Shown here in pieces: positions 55,541-64,000 of a stretch of 64,000 bases of DNA (position 1 is the stretch's first letter; every line of letters begins with the position of its first letter). A program made the translations under genes and the position numbers. Below the pieces are notes generated by a model. It was not told the DNA's origin. It searched no databases and worked only from the letters and a program-made list of their open reading frames with translations. The DNA comes from a virus (Duplodnaviria; Caudoviricetes): IMG/VR virus record IMGVR_UViG_3300010883_000006, positions 1-64,000 of that record. One strand, 5' to 3'.

Positions 55541-55743
55541 TTTAAAAATTTATTACCTTTTGTGTGTTGTGGGTGGTATGGACAGTGTTTACATCCGTTA
55601 CCACAACAATAACTTCTTTTTTTGTGGTAATGCTCTGTCATAACCATTTTTCCATTTTCCCAATAGAAGTCTTTCCCATCTAGTTTTGGTTTTATAAATT
55701 CTTTATAATGTAATTCACTAATCCAATCATCTCTTCTAATCAT
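55537..55743 (-). CDS. Small Cys-rich protein (DUF5522-like)
   Basis: FYWENGKMVMTEHYHKKRSYCCGNGCKHCPY. Confidence 0.7.
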   Translation of the reverse strand: MIRRDDWISELHYKEFIKPKLDGKDFYWENGKMVMTEHYHKKRSYCCGNGCKHCPYHPQHTKGNKFLK

Positions 55744-55924
55744 TTTTTACTTCCTTTACTTCTTCTTTTTGCCCACAATGAGGACACATTATTGAGTTGG
55801 GTATTATTTGTTCTTTTTCTATGGCATCATTAGAAAATAAATGGTAGTCAGCAATTGACCACCATTTATTACATTTACCACAATTAAAGTGGTATAAAAC
55901 TTCTTTACTAATCCTGTGTTTCAC
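55736..55924 (-). CDS. Zinc-ribbon protein
   Basis: HFNCGKCNKWWS...CPHCG. Confidence 0.65.
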   Translation of the reverse strand: MKHRISKEVLYHFNCGKCNKWWSIADYHLFSNDAIEKEQIIPNSIMCPHCGQKEEVKEVKND

Positions 55925-57839
55925 CTATTTCTACTTTTTTACTTTCACCATTATCATCTGACTTTATTTGTGTTAGGTCCACATCTATCTCACAACTACC
56001 ACCCGCACAAGCTAATTCACCTGATAGGTTAGTGTTGTCGTCAAGTTCCACAACTCTAGTTAAATCTACATCCTTAAGTGATTCCAACATAACATTATAT
56101 TTTTCTTCATCTATGTCTTCAAATGGTGCTTGAATGTATGTCCCTCCATTGTATGGTAGTACGGATAACCCATTATAATGTTTTCTATTTTCCCACATCC
56201 ATTCTCCAGCTGGGTCCCATTCGTGGTCCCTTAATGAAATTGTCGCTGAAACATTATGTGAGTTTGAACCTTTTCTATGCCCTGCTTTTACCCATTCTAT
56301 AGCTATTTTTTTAACTCTTTCTAGTAGTTGGAATGGTGATTCTGTTCTTAGAATAGAACCTGAAGGTGCTTTTTGTGGAATACTAATAACTGCTGTATCG
56401 TGAGGTCTAAAATATTCATCTTCAACTAGTTCTGGGTGATTAATCTTTAAGTAAGTGTAAATTGCCTCATTTTTACCAACTCTAAGTCTTCTAACATAAT
56501 AATCATTATGCCATGCATGAATACCTGAAGAAGTCCCTAACGTTAATGAAGTTGTTCCTGCAGGTTTAACCGTGGTACATCTAGCTGACTGATTTATATC
56601 AATTATTTTAGATACCCTTGTATTTTCTCTTTTGACTAGACTTGCCGCTTTTGATGTGTCGTAGTTTAATACTTTACCAGAACCTATTCCTGTCATCGAA
56701 ACCCCTATTAAAGCATCTTTTTCTGTTGTTTCTTGCCAAATTTCCCTTAAATAATGAAATGAGGTGTACCCCGCTTGTAGAGTACCTATAAACGCCGCTA
56801 CTTTAACTCTTTCATTTAAATCCTCTTGTGATTCAATATTAGAAACGTTTACTTCACATAAGTTACAAAATTGGTTAGGTCTTAATGCAATTTCACAACA
56901 TGGATTAGTTCCCCAATCTTTATCATTGTTTAAATATATACCAGGTTCACCTGCTCCTGATAGCTCAACACGTTTCCATAAATCTAAAAAGAATTCTTTA
57001 GTTATTTTGTGTCTCATTAAACATGCAGAATTATTTGCTCTACCTCTTTGTGGGTTCAATTCCCACCAGTTTCCTGATTTACACGAAATCATTTGGTCGT
57101 CATCAGCTGAAAATAAACTAATAAGAGCTGCTCTACGAATACCACCGGCCAAAACGGCATCTGCGATATAACAAACAATATCGTGAACTTCTAGAGTACT
57201 TAACTGTTCACCATTTTCTTTTGCTTCTAATATACCTTCAATCTTAACTAAACATTCTTTTAATGGTTGTGGTCCTGGAGCTTTACCACCTGATGTTACA
57301 AGTCTTGCACCTTTAGCTCTAATGTCTGAATAGTCAAACACGATTCTACTTCCACCACCGTTCATATAAGACTTCATTAAAACCTTAATTGCATCTGCCC
57401 ATCCTTCAATAGAATCTCCTATTAGAAATCTCTTTTTTCTTTTTTGGTATGGTTTTTGAATTACAGGTAGTTTTTCTACATGGTGTTTTTGTACCGAATA
57501 CCCAACCCCTGTACCACCTAGTAATAAGAACATTGTTTCTGAAAATGAATCTACGTGTTCAATTGGTAGGTATGCACAGTTATAAATTCTATTTGGTGAT
57601 ATCTCAATCGGTTTACCACCGAATTGCATTGACCTCATAGACGGTAAAACTTTTTTATCATACACCAAAGAATATTTTTCTTCTATTTCGTCTTTTAACA
57701 TTGGGTACTTTTTGATATGCATATTTTTGTTTCTAGTGACCAATTCCTCCCAGGTCTCTCTTCTATTTAATTCTGGTATATACTTAGCGTACTTCATATA
57801 CACTGTTATGTCCGATAATATTTTATTTGATACTTCCAT
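55908..57839 (-). CDS. nrdJ: Class II (adenosylcobalamin) ribonucleoside-triphosphate reductase
   Basis: PSMRS, YNCAY, GGTGVGYS, RRAALI, TNPCCEI, CNLCE, TVKPAGTTS, C-terminal ACAGGSCE; no beta subunit gene nearby. Confidence 0.9.
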   Translation of the reverse strand: MEVSNKILSDITVYMKYAKYIPELNRRETWEELVTRNKNMHIKKYPMLKDEIEEKYSLVYDKKVLPSMRSMQFGGKPIEISPNRIYNCAYLPIEHVDSFSETMFLLLGGTGVGYSVQKHHVEKLPVIQKPYQKRKKRFLIGDSIEGWADAIKVLMKSYMNGGGSRIVFDYSDIRAKGARLVTSGGKAPGPQPLKECLVKIEGILEAKENGEQLSTLEVHDIVCYIADAVLAGGIRRAALISLFSADDDQMISCKSGNWWELNPQRGRANNSACLMRHKITKEFFLDLWKRVELSGAGEPGIYLNNDKDWGTNPCCEIALRPNQFCNLCEVNVSNIESQEDLNERVKVAAFIGTLQAGYTSFHYLREIWQETTEKDALIGVSMTGIGSGKVLNYDTSKAASLVKRENTRVSKIIDINQSARCTTVKPAGTTSLTLGTSSGIHAWHNDYYVRRLRVGKNEAIYTYLKINHPELVEDEYFRPHDTAVISIPQKAPSGSILRTESPFQLLERVKKIAIEWVKAGHRKGSNSHNVSATISLRDHEWDPAGEWMWENRKHYNGLSVLPYNGGTYIQAPFEDIDEEKYNVMLESLKDVDLTRVVELDDNTNLSGELACAGGSCEIDVDLTQIKSDDNGESKKVEIGETQD

Positions 57840-57854
57840 ATTTAGCTTTTTATT

Positions 57855-59225
57855 TTATTGGTTTATGTTTTGACTTCTTCTTTCTAGAGCTTGCCTTACT
57901 CTATCTCTATTTCTTTCTTCTCTACTATGTTCTAAATCTAGTAATGTCTGTGATTGTTCAGTATCAATTACTAATGTCTCATTATCGAATTTACAATTTT
58001 CGAAAACAACACCGTCTTTACCTACTCTAGATTTAACCATAGCTATTGTTGCCAAACCTAAATCTTTTTGTTGTAATGTTTTGGCTATAGACACTATTAC
58101 GTGACCAACTTGGGCTTTCTTAATAGACCCTCCCATCATGTCTGTAGTTACAACTTCTGAACTTATAGAACTTCTATTACCTTGTGCTGCAGTCCAACCA
58201 ACTAAATCAAACTCATTACACATTGTTTCAAATTGTCTCATTACAAGACCTTCACCTTTCCATTCGTCGGAAAACCCCCTATCTGGTACTACACAATCAA
58301 TATAATCTAATAAAATCATATCAAACTTGTTTCCTTCAGCTTGTAATTTTCTAATCTTATTTTTTATAACGTTGATGGTTATCCGGTCAGATGGTAGTTT
58401 TTCTAATATTAGTTTACCTCTATCTCTATAAGGTATTATTTTTTCTAACACTTCATCTCTTCTTTCTACTTGTTCTCTTTGGGGTATTCCAGTCCAACAA
58501 GTAATATGTTTTCTTTGTATAACCTTTGGGTTGTCTTCAAAGAAAATTTGTAACACATTAAACCCTAGATTATATGCTGTGTTAGCCAACTTAGTTAGGA
58601 TTGTAGTCTTACCTACACCTGTAGGTGCTAAGAACACACCAATTTCACCTTTAGCTAATCCACCATCTAGTAAATTATCAATCCCGTTAATCCCTGTTGG
58701 TATTGGGTTCCTGTAGTCTTCTTCTAAGGCTTCCGCTATATCATCGAAAACGTCCAAACAACTATCAGTGTTTTCACCAACTCGTATAGCTTCCCTAATA
58801 TACTCTTCACACTTATCATAAGACTCAAAATCACCCTGTTCTAAAATCTTATTAACTTTACCTATAGCTTTTTTTAATTCTTGTTGCTTACAAAATTTTA
58901 ATCCTTTTTCTTGTACCCATAAATAATCTTCTAAACTCGCGTTTTGAACCTCAGTAATCATATCAAAAATGGTCTTTTTTGCCATTTCACTATCCACCTC
59001 TATTTTAGTTAATTGTGTTAGTGTTTCGAATGTTGGGGTTGTCTGATATTTTTCATGGTACTCTTTTGTCATTTGAGCAATTAATTTAAAATACTGGTTA
59101 TCAAAGTACTTTGCATCAATCACATCAATGATGTTTTGACAATATTTTTTGTCTGTTATAATTTGGTTAAGGAGTTTAATTTGGAAATTATACCCCAGAT
59201 AACCGAAGTTACTACTACTATTCAT
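57855..59225 (-). CDS. dnaB: Replicative DnaB-like helicase (gp41-like)
   Basis: IPTGI..ID..L.GGL..GE, APTGVGKTT, LDYID, TAAQGNR, KSRVG. Confidence 0.9.
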   Translation of the reverse strand: MNSSSNFGYLGYNFQIKLLNQIITDKKYCQNIIDVIDAKYFDNQYFKLIAQMTKEYHEKYQTTPTFETLTQLTKIEVDSEMAKKTIFDMITEVQNASLEDYLWVQEKGLKFCKQQELKKAIGKVNKILEQGDFESYDKCEEYIREAIRVGENTDSCLDVFDDIAEALEEDYRNPIPTGINGIDNLLDGGLAKGEIGVFLAPTGVGKTTILTKLANTAYNLGFNVLQIFFEDNPKVIQRKHITCWTGIPQREQVERRDEVLEKIIPYRDRGKLILEKLPSDRITINVIKNKIRKLQAEGNKFDMILLDYIDCVVPDRGFSDEWKGEGLVMRQFETMCNEFDLVGWTAAQGNRSSISSEVVTTDMMGGSIKKAQVGHVIVSIAKTLQQKDLGLATIAMVKSRVGKDGVVFENCKFDNETLVIDTEQSQTLLDLEHSREERNRDRVRQALERRSQNINQ

Positions 59226-59246
59226 TTTTATAATTTTTTAGGCTAT

Positions 59247-59255
59247 TATAAATAT
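59247..59255 (-). promoter_or_regulatory. ATATTTATA putative phage promoter
   Basis: 21 nt upstream of the helicase ATG. Confidence 0.5.
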
Positions 59256-59258
59256 CTT

Positions 59259-59735
59259 TTAGAGTTCTAAATTCAGATATTCTTTAACTAGTTTTTTTCT
59301 TGACAACGTGTCAGTTAGCTCACTTAAAAAATGTGGAACTAGCGGTCTTATGTCTACTGTGTATCTTATCCTTCCAGGATAAACATTAGAAGGAATAATT
59401 TTATGTATCAAAGTATCTGTGTTTTGTTTAACATACAAATGAAACACTTCATCATCACTCTTTTCTAGGTCTTGGTCTGACAAATTTACTTTACCAGAGT
59501 ACTGATTATATTTGTCGTACATGTAATTAATAGCTTTGTTTTTTAAATTTTCTTCTAATTCTGTGGCAATATCTGAAATAGTATAGTATAGGTCTAGAGA
59601 CTTTGATGCTTTAGGATTAAAGTTCCTCACATTAAAGTATCTTTGACACACTATATTATTATCTAACATCAGTAAAAATTCACATTTAACTACTGATTTC
59701 TTGTCTTCAAATTTCCAATTAGCTTTTTCTTTCAT
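59259..59735 (-). CDS. Hypothetical protein in the replication operon
   Basis: 158 aa, between the exonuclease and helicase genes. Confidence 0.7.
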   Translation of the reverse strand: MKEKANWKFEDKKSVVKCEFLLMLDNNIVCQRYFNVRNFNPKASKSLDLYYTISDIATELEENLKNKAINYMYDKYNQYSGKVNLSDQDLEKSDDEVFHLYVKQNTDTLIHKIIPSNVYPGRIRYTVDIRPLVPHFLSELTDTLSRKKLVKEYLNLEL

Positions 59736-60726
59736 AATTTTTTATTTCTTTTTTTGTTAGTCTTATAAATGGTTTGTAAAATTCTGTCCACCCATCATCT
59801 TTCTTAGGAAGTACGTTAAATATACCATCTTCTGACATCATTGTCACTATATTTTCGTAATTTCTTCCTTCTGGGTCAAGATTTTCATCAATTAATGATA
59901 AAATATCTTCTTTTGCTTCTTTATTCAAAAAAACTTCAGTTAAGTCTACTAGTTTTTCGTTGATTTCAAAAAAGGTATCTCCTTTTCTACCGTCAGCACA
60001 AATACCTTCAACTAAGTTACTCAAACCTTTATTTTTTATTTTTTCTTCTTTAACTAGAACGTTAGCTTTATTTATAACATCCGTTAAAGTAATTGTTTTT
60101 TCTTCTATTTCTGGAAAATAAGTTTTTATTGTTTTTTCACCTAAAAACTTAACCCCTTTAATGTTATCACTTTTGTCCCCAAGTAAAACCTTTAATAATG
60201 TAACGTTTGTAGTTGGTATTGTCAATTTTGCAATAGTTACTTTATCATCTAACTCTATTTTAGAACCATCATTAATAAAAAGTACTTGTGTGTGACTTGA
60301 AACTAACTGACTCAAATCTTTGTCATTAGTTAAAATTAATTTGTTTTCTTTGGGGGTGTTTTTACAATAGTACGCTATACAATCGTCTGCTTCACAATTA
60401 TCAAATTCAGCTTGTCTTACAAATACTTCTTCTAGATATTGTGTGATTCTATTTTTTTGTCTAAATAGGTCTGTTCTTTGGTCGTCTGTTAACCTTTTTC
60501 TTCTATTGATTTTATAGTTTTCGTATATTTCTTGTCTATAAGAGGCATTGTTTTTACCATCCCAGAAAACCACTACTTTATCGTAATCTTTTTCTATTAG
60601 GTACTTTCTTATTGTATTTAAAAAGTGATATATAGCTCCAAAATGTTTACCATTATGGAAATAATCCTTTACGCCGTGAAAGCCTGTTTGAAGTAAGCTA
60701 TTACCATCAATCAATAAAGTGTTCAA
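59719..60726 (-). CDS. 5'-3' exonuclease / flap endonuclease (Pol I N-terminal, T4 RNase H-like)
   Basis: LLIDGNSL, VFWDG, YKINR, EADD, DKDLSQL, GDKSDNIKGV..GEKT. Confidence 0.9.
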   Translation of the reverse strand: MNTLLIDGNSLLQTGFHGVKDYFHNGKHFGAIYHFLNTIRKYLIEKDYDKVVVFWDGKNNASYRQEIYENYKINRRKRLTDDQRTDLFRQKNRITQYLEEVFVRQAEFDNCEADDCIAYYCKNTPKENKLILTNDKDLSQLVSSHTQVLFINDGSKIELDDKVTIAKLTIPTTNVTLLKVLLGDKSDNIKGVKFLGEKTIKTYFPEIEEKTITLTDVINKANVLVKEEKIKNKGLSNLVEGICADGRKGDTFFEINEKLVDLTEVFLNKEAKEDILSLIDENLDPEGRNYENIVTMMSEDGIFNVLPKKDDGWTEFYKPFIRLTKKEIKNYERKS

Positions 60727-60751
60727 TTTTTTTGTGTTTAAAGGTTAATAA

Positions 60752-61747
60752 CTAAAACAATTCTCCTGCGTCTTCTACTGATAAATTATAATCACCTTCT
60801 GACCCAATAATATTTTTCCAATATTCCGAGTTTTCAGACTTATATTTTTCAATAGATTTTTTTTCTTCTGCACTATCTTTTCCTTTTAAAAATCCGTGTG
60901 GTGTTACTAAGATTTTTCCGTCTTCGTAACCTAAACCATTCACATGATTTTTCATAATAGATATTTTGGTTCTACTAGCAAATTTAACTTTTCTTTTATC
61001 TTTGGTTGCCGTTATTTTGGATATCCCAGCATTTTTTTGGTTACCGTATAAAAACACAATAGTAGAATTTAACCATAATGACTCACCTCCTTTAGCTTTG
61101 ATTTTTGGTTGACTAAATGGATTGTCTGGTAACTCTACCCATGGTTGATTTACCGTAACTAGAGTATTTAAGAATTTACAACTTTGTTTTCTTGACCCAG
61201 TTATTCTTTGGTTGATACCCATACCTATTTTATCTGCCAAAGTACTAGCATTGTGTTGTTTACCACCTTTACCATCAAAAGTCATTTTACAAGGAACAGA
61301 CCCTACAGAATCCCATAAAAACAATAAATCGTAATCTAATTCTCCTTTTTCTTGAGCGTCAAGTAATTCATTAATATAGTCTGTAATTTGTTCTATATAA
61401 TTAAAGTCGTTATTAAATAAGAAAAATCCATCCCATTCTCCTTCTTCATTTAATTCACATTCAAAACCCATTAGTTTTGCGTGGTCAAAATCCCATTTTT
61501 GTTCAGTTATTAAAAAAACTGGTAATATTTCTTTTCTTTGGGCGTCCACAGCTGTCTTAACTAAAGCTGTTGTTTTACCAGTATCACTATGTCCTAAAAA
61601 CATATTAATATGTCCCATAGCTGGGCCTGGTAAACCTGTAGCGTCTAAGAAAGCTTCACCTAAATCTAGAAACCTATCTTTTTTAAATGCTGCTTTCTTA
61701 GAAAACTTTGACTTTATATCTTTAAAATTTTTCTTTTTTATAGCCAT
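60752..61747 (-). CDS. recA: RecA/UvsX-like recombinase
   Basis: GHSDTGKTT, ITE, WDSVGS, VNQ, KGGES, KNHV. Confidence 0.85.
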   Translation of the reverse strand: MAIKKKNFKDIKSKFSKKAAFKKDRFLDLGEAFLDATGLPGPAMGHINMFLGHSDTGKTTALVKTAVDAQRKEILPVFLITEQKWDFDHAKLMGFECELNEEGEWDGFFLFNNDFNYIEQITDYINELLDAQEKGELDYDLLFLWDSVGSVPCKMTFDGKGGKQHNASTLADKIGMGINQRITGSRKQSCKFLNTLVTVNQPWVELPDNPFSQPKIKAKGGESLWLNSTIVFLYGNQKNAGISKITATKDKRKVKFASRTKISIMKNHVNGLGYEDGKILVTPHGFLKGKDSAEEKKSIEKYKSENSEYWKNIIGSEGDYNLSVEDAGELF

Positions 61748-61760
61748 TGGTTATTTTATA

Positions 61761-62627
61761 TTAAAATGGTAAATCTTCGTCTGTTGGTGTGTTAGCTTGT
61801 GGGTCAACAGTTGTTGAAGTTGTTGTTTGTGTCATTTGTATTGTTTCAACTGTACTATCACCAAACTGATACTTTTTAAGGTCGTTGTTCCATCTTGGTG
61901 TCTCACCTTTTGATACAGCATCAAGATATTCTACCGGTTTTTGTGAATAAACGTCAGTCCAACCTTCTGCATTGTCTGTCCATTCTTTTAACTTTTCTGT
62001 CTCTGTAGATAATGCACTTTGGTCATCTGCCATCACCATAGAAATTACTGTGTAGTTTCCTTTTCCGTTTGGTAGTGGTACTGATTTTAACATAAGGGTT
62101 AAATCTCTTCCTTCAGTAACATTAGTTATGTCACCTCTTTTTTGAAAGATAGGGATTATTTTATCTAAAGTTCCGTCACCTTTCCAGTTATGTTTAAATC
62201 TCCAAAACTTAACACCATCCTCTTCTTTATCCCTATCAATTAGTTTAACGATATAAAACTTTTTCGAACGGTATTGTCTAGCTAGTTCTTTGTCTTTATC
62301 GTTACCAGTTAACCTTAGAGCATCTTCAACTTCATTAAGTGGGCTTCTTTCTCCTGTTGGAGAACCATCACCATTTTTACCTGGGTCCATTAACTTTACC
62401 CATTTACCGTCTACTTGTACTTCGTGGAAAAACACTTCTTTAAATGGAGAACTACCATCACTTGTAGGTAGAATCCTTATTGTTCTTTCACCCTCTTTTT
62501 CACCTTTAGGTAAGAAAGTAGCAAAATATTTTTTTAATCTTTCCTCATTACTGATAAAAGGTTTGTCTGACGTACCATTTGATGTTTGTGTTTTTTCGTA
62601 CTGTTTTAAGATTGCTTCTAAACTCAT
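61761..62627 (-). CDS. T4 gp32-like single-stranded DNA-binding protein
   Basis: IRILP, FFH, GVKFWRF, EGRDLTL, acidic DEDLPF tail; next to RecA. Confidence 0.8.
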   Translation of the reverse strand: MSLEAILKQYEKTQTSNGTSDKPFISNEERLKKYFATFLPKGEKEGERTIRILPTSDGSSPFKEVFFHEVQVDGKWVKLMDPGKNGDGSPTGERSPLNEVEDALRLTGNDKDKELARQYRSKKFYIVKLIDRDKEEDGVKFWRFKHNWKGDGTLDKIIPIFQKRGDITNVTEGRDLTLMLKSVPLPNGKGNYTVISMVMADDQSALSTETEKLKEWTDNAEGWTDVYSQKPVEYLDAVSKGETPRWNNDLKKYQFGDSTVETIQMTQTTTSTTVDPQANTPTDEDLPF

Positions 62628-62664
62628 AATATTTTTTTTTTATTTTATAATTAATTTACATTAA

Positions 62665-62693
62665 AATATAAAACGAAAAAACGGGTAAGTCAA
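62665..62693 (-). promoter_or_regulatory. Sigma70-type promoter TTGACT-N17-TATATT for the SSB-RecA operon
   Basis: -35 at 62688-62693, -10 at 62665-62670. Confidence 0.6.
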
Positions 62694-62707
62694 TTGATTA
62701 CCCGTTT
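62671..62707 (-). terminator. Intrinsic terminator hairpin
   Basis: Stem AAACGGGTAA / TTACCCGTTT (62679-62707), followed on the minus strand by a T tract; downstream of 62731..63558. Confidence 0.7.
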
Positions 62708-62730
62708 AATTTATATTATTTATATTTTAA

Positions 62731-63558
62731 TTAAGATTTGTTCCCTAGTACACTGAATTTTTCGTCTTCAAGTTCCTCTTCATCGTCATCATCATCAGCT
62801 AACCAACTATTCTTTATGTCGGCATCATTGTAATCACTAACATCGTCACTAGTTAAAACATATTCGTGTTTTTCTGGTTGTTTTTCTAACTCTTCACCTT
62901 TCTCATCCCAGAATTGTGATGGTGTTTGAGTAAATGGTCCACTATCTAAATACCTTAATTCTAATTTTTCTTGTGGGGTTTCTGGTTTTAACTCTTCAAA
63001 TTTATTTTCTAAACTATTCATCTGAGTAACTATTTTATCCATCCCACCTAGTTGAGTTTCTAGTGCGTCTAACTTACCAATTAAATCTTCAATTCTTTTA
63101 CTCTGAGAAGTTATCTCTTTTGATACCGTGTCAGCTTTTTCACCTGTTTCTTTAGTCATTGTAACAATATCAGTAACATCCAATTTCTCAACATCCGATT
63201 CTTCAGTGTCCACATCTAAATCTAACTCATCATCACCTAAATCTAACTCATCATCACTACTTTCTAATTCATCATCACCACTTTCTAATTCATCATCACC
63301 TAAATCTAACTCATCATCAGTACCTTCATCATCCAACTCTAGTTCAGCGTCGTCTGTTGTCTCCTCTTCTTGTTCTTCCATGTCTCTCTGAAACCTATTA
63401 AATTTTTCTAATCTGTCTGATTTTCCTTGTGTTTGAACAAATCCTGAAGAAGTAGCACCAAGTCCACCAACCGCATGTTGTTCTTCTAATGAATCTACAT
63501 ATCCATTAATATTAGCATAACGCTCTAACTCTTCTTGTATTAATTTGTTAACTCCCAT
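62731..63558 (-). CDS. Acidic coiled-coil protein (scaffold/head-associated candidate)
   Basis: DDELDLG/DDELESG repeats, coiled coil, TPQEKLELRYLDSGPF. Confidence 0.65.
   Translation of the reverse strand: MGVNKLIQEELERYANINGYVDSLEEQHAVGGLGATSSGFVQTQGKSDRLEKFNRFQRDMEEQEEETTDDAELELDDEGTDDELDLGDDELESGDDELESSDDELDLGDDELDLDVDTEESDVEKLDVTDIVTMTKETGEKADTVSKEITSQSKRIEDLIGKLDALETQLGGMDKIVTQMNSLENKFEELKPETPQEKLELRYLDSGPFTQTPSQFWDEKGEELEKQPEKHEYVLTSDDVSDYNDADIKNSWLADDDDDEEELEDEKFSVLGNKS
63217..63321. repeat. Five tandem 21-bp coding repeats
   Basis: Units taaatctaactcatcatcacc (A) and actttctaattcatcatcacc (B), in order A-A-B-B-A. Confidence 0.9.
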
Positions 63559-63559
63559 C

Positions 63560-63766
63560 TTAATCCATTAATAGTGTTCTACCATCTTCAGTAATCATTT
63601 TTTTATTAACTCTTTCTATTAACCCGTCTTTTGTTTTAATAGTATAACATTCACCTGTTTTTAAATCACAAACTTCTTCATACCCTTCAGCTGACTCAGT
63701 TTTTGTTATTTTAGTTTTTGTTTGATTACCTAGGTACTTGTCTAATTTACCGTTTAAATTTTCCAT
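63560..63766 (-). CDS. Small hypothetical protein
   Basis: 68 aa; VCDLKTGEC..DGLIERV..ITEDGRTLL; ATATTTATA upstream. Confidence 0.7.
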   Translation of the reverse strand: MENLNGKLDKYLGNQTKTKITKTESAEGYEEVCDLKTGECYTIKTKDGLIERVNKKMITEDGRTLLMD

Positions 63767-63778
63767 AGTCTTTTTTAT

Positions 63779-63787
63779 TATAAATAT
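63779..63787 (-). promoter_or_regulatory. ATATTTATA putative phage promoter
   Basis: 12 nt upstream of ATG 63766. Confidence 0.6.
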
Positions 63788-63816
63788 CTTATAGTATAAG
63801 AAAGTTAACTATATTT

Positions 63817-63999
63817 CTAGTTACTATCAACATATTCCCCAACACCATCAAAATTATCCGTCCCACCATATGGACTAGGAACACTTGCTGGTTTTATTGC
63901 AGATAGAAACAAAGATGGTCTTAAGCTAACAAAACCGTCTCCTGGTTGAAAATCATCAAAGTTATTAGGGTCATACACAAGTGGAGCCACTAAAGGTTT
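63817..63999 (-). CDS. Partial CDS (C-terminus)
   Basis: Open frame from the window edge, KPLVAPLVYDPNNF...GVGEYVDSN, ending in TAG at 63817. Confidence 0.5.
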   Translation of the reverse strand, partial: KPLVAPLVYDPNNFDDFQPGDGFVSLRPSLFLSAIKPASVPSPYGGTDNFDGVGEYVDSN

Positions 64000-64000
64000 T

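Noticed and set aside
55908-61747. Inteins or introns in nrdJ, helicase or recA
   Set aside because: Lengths are normal, motifs are contiguous, and no intein termini or homing endonuclease motifs were seen.
63217-63321. Possible CRISPR array
   Set aside because: Repeats are contiguous with no spacers, in frame, and inside a CDS.
1-64000. Stop-codon reassignment as in some huge phages
   Set aside because: Core genes are full length in the standard code; TAA, TAG and TGA all end genes at sensible positions.
1-64000. tRNA, rRNA or riboswitch (e.g. cobalamin riboswitch before nrdJ)
   Set aside because: Intergenic gaps are mostly under 100 nt (15 nt before nrdJ) and no cloverleaf or T-loop motifs were noticed; a covariance search was not run.

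Overview
AT-rich, gene-dense segment of a large (jumbo/huge) tailed phage genome, probably T4-superfamily-like with a contractile tail. Almost all genes are on the minus strand in standard genetic code. Layout from high to low coordinates: (1) replication/recombination core: gp32-like SSB, RecA/UvsX, 5'-3' exonuclease, DnaB-like helicase, class II B12-dependent RNR; (2) a ~35 kb baseplate/tail block: gp25, wedge protein and very large Cys/Gly/Thr-rich adhesin-like proteins up to 3099 aa; (3) RuvC-like resolvase, primase, PD-(D/E)XK nuclease, SbcD, RNase HII-HAD fusion, SbcC; (4) a Bacteroidota-type RpoD-like sigma factor, amidase and membrane proteins; (5) acidic putative head-internal proteins, an Hc1-like protein missed by the ORF track, and DnaJ. 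A Bacteroidota (Flavobacteria-like) host is inferred from the sigma factor, a Gln-rule signal peptide, the Hc1-like protein, SprB and GCTDP modules, and the near absence of Shine-Dalgarno sites. The most unusual observations are an annexin repeat in a putative head protein, a HiPIP-like 4-Cys module in a tail-block protein, a degenerate vWA-like scaffold shared by two giant tail proteins with different inserts, an RNase HII-HAD phosphatase fusion lying between sbcD and an N-terminally extended sbcC, and a recurring ATATTTATA promoter-like motif. All domain calls were made by eye from motifs; no searches were run.
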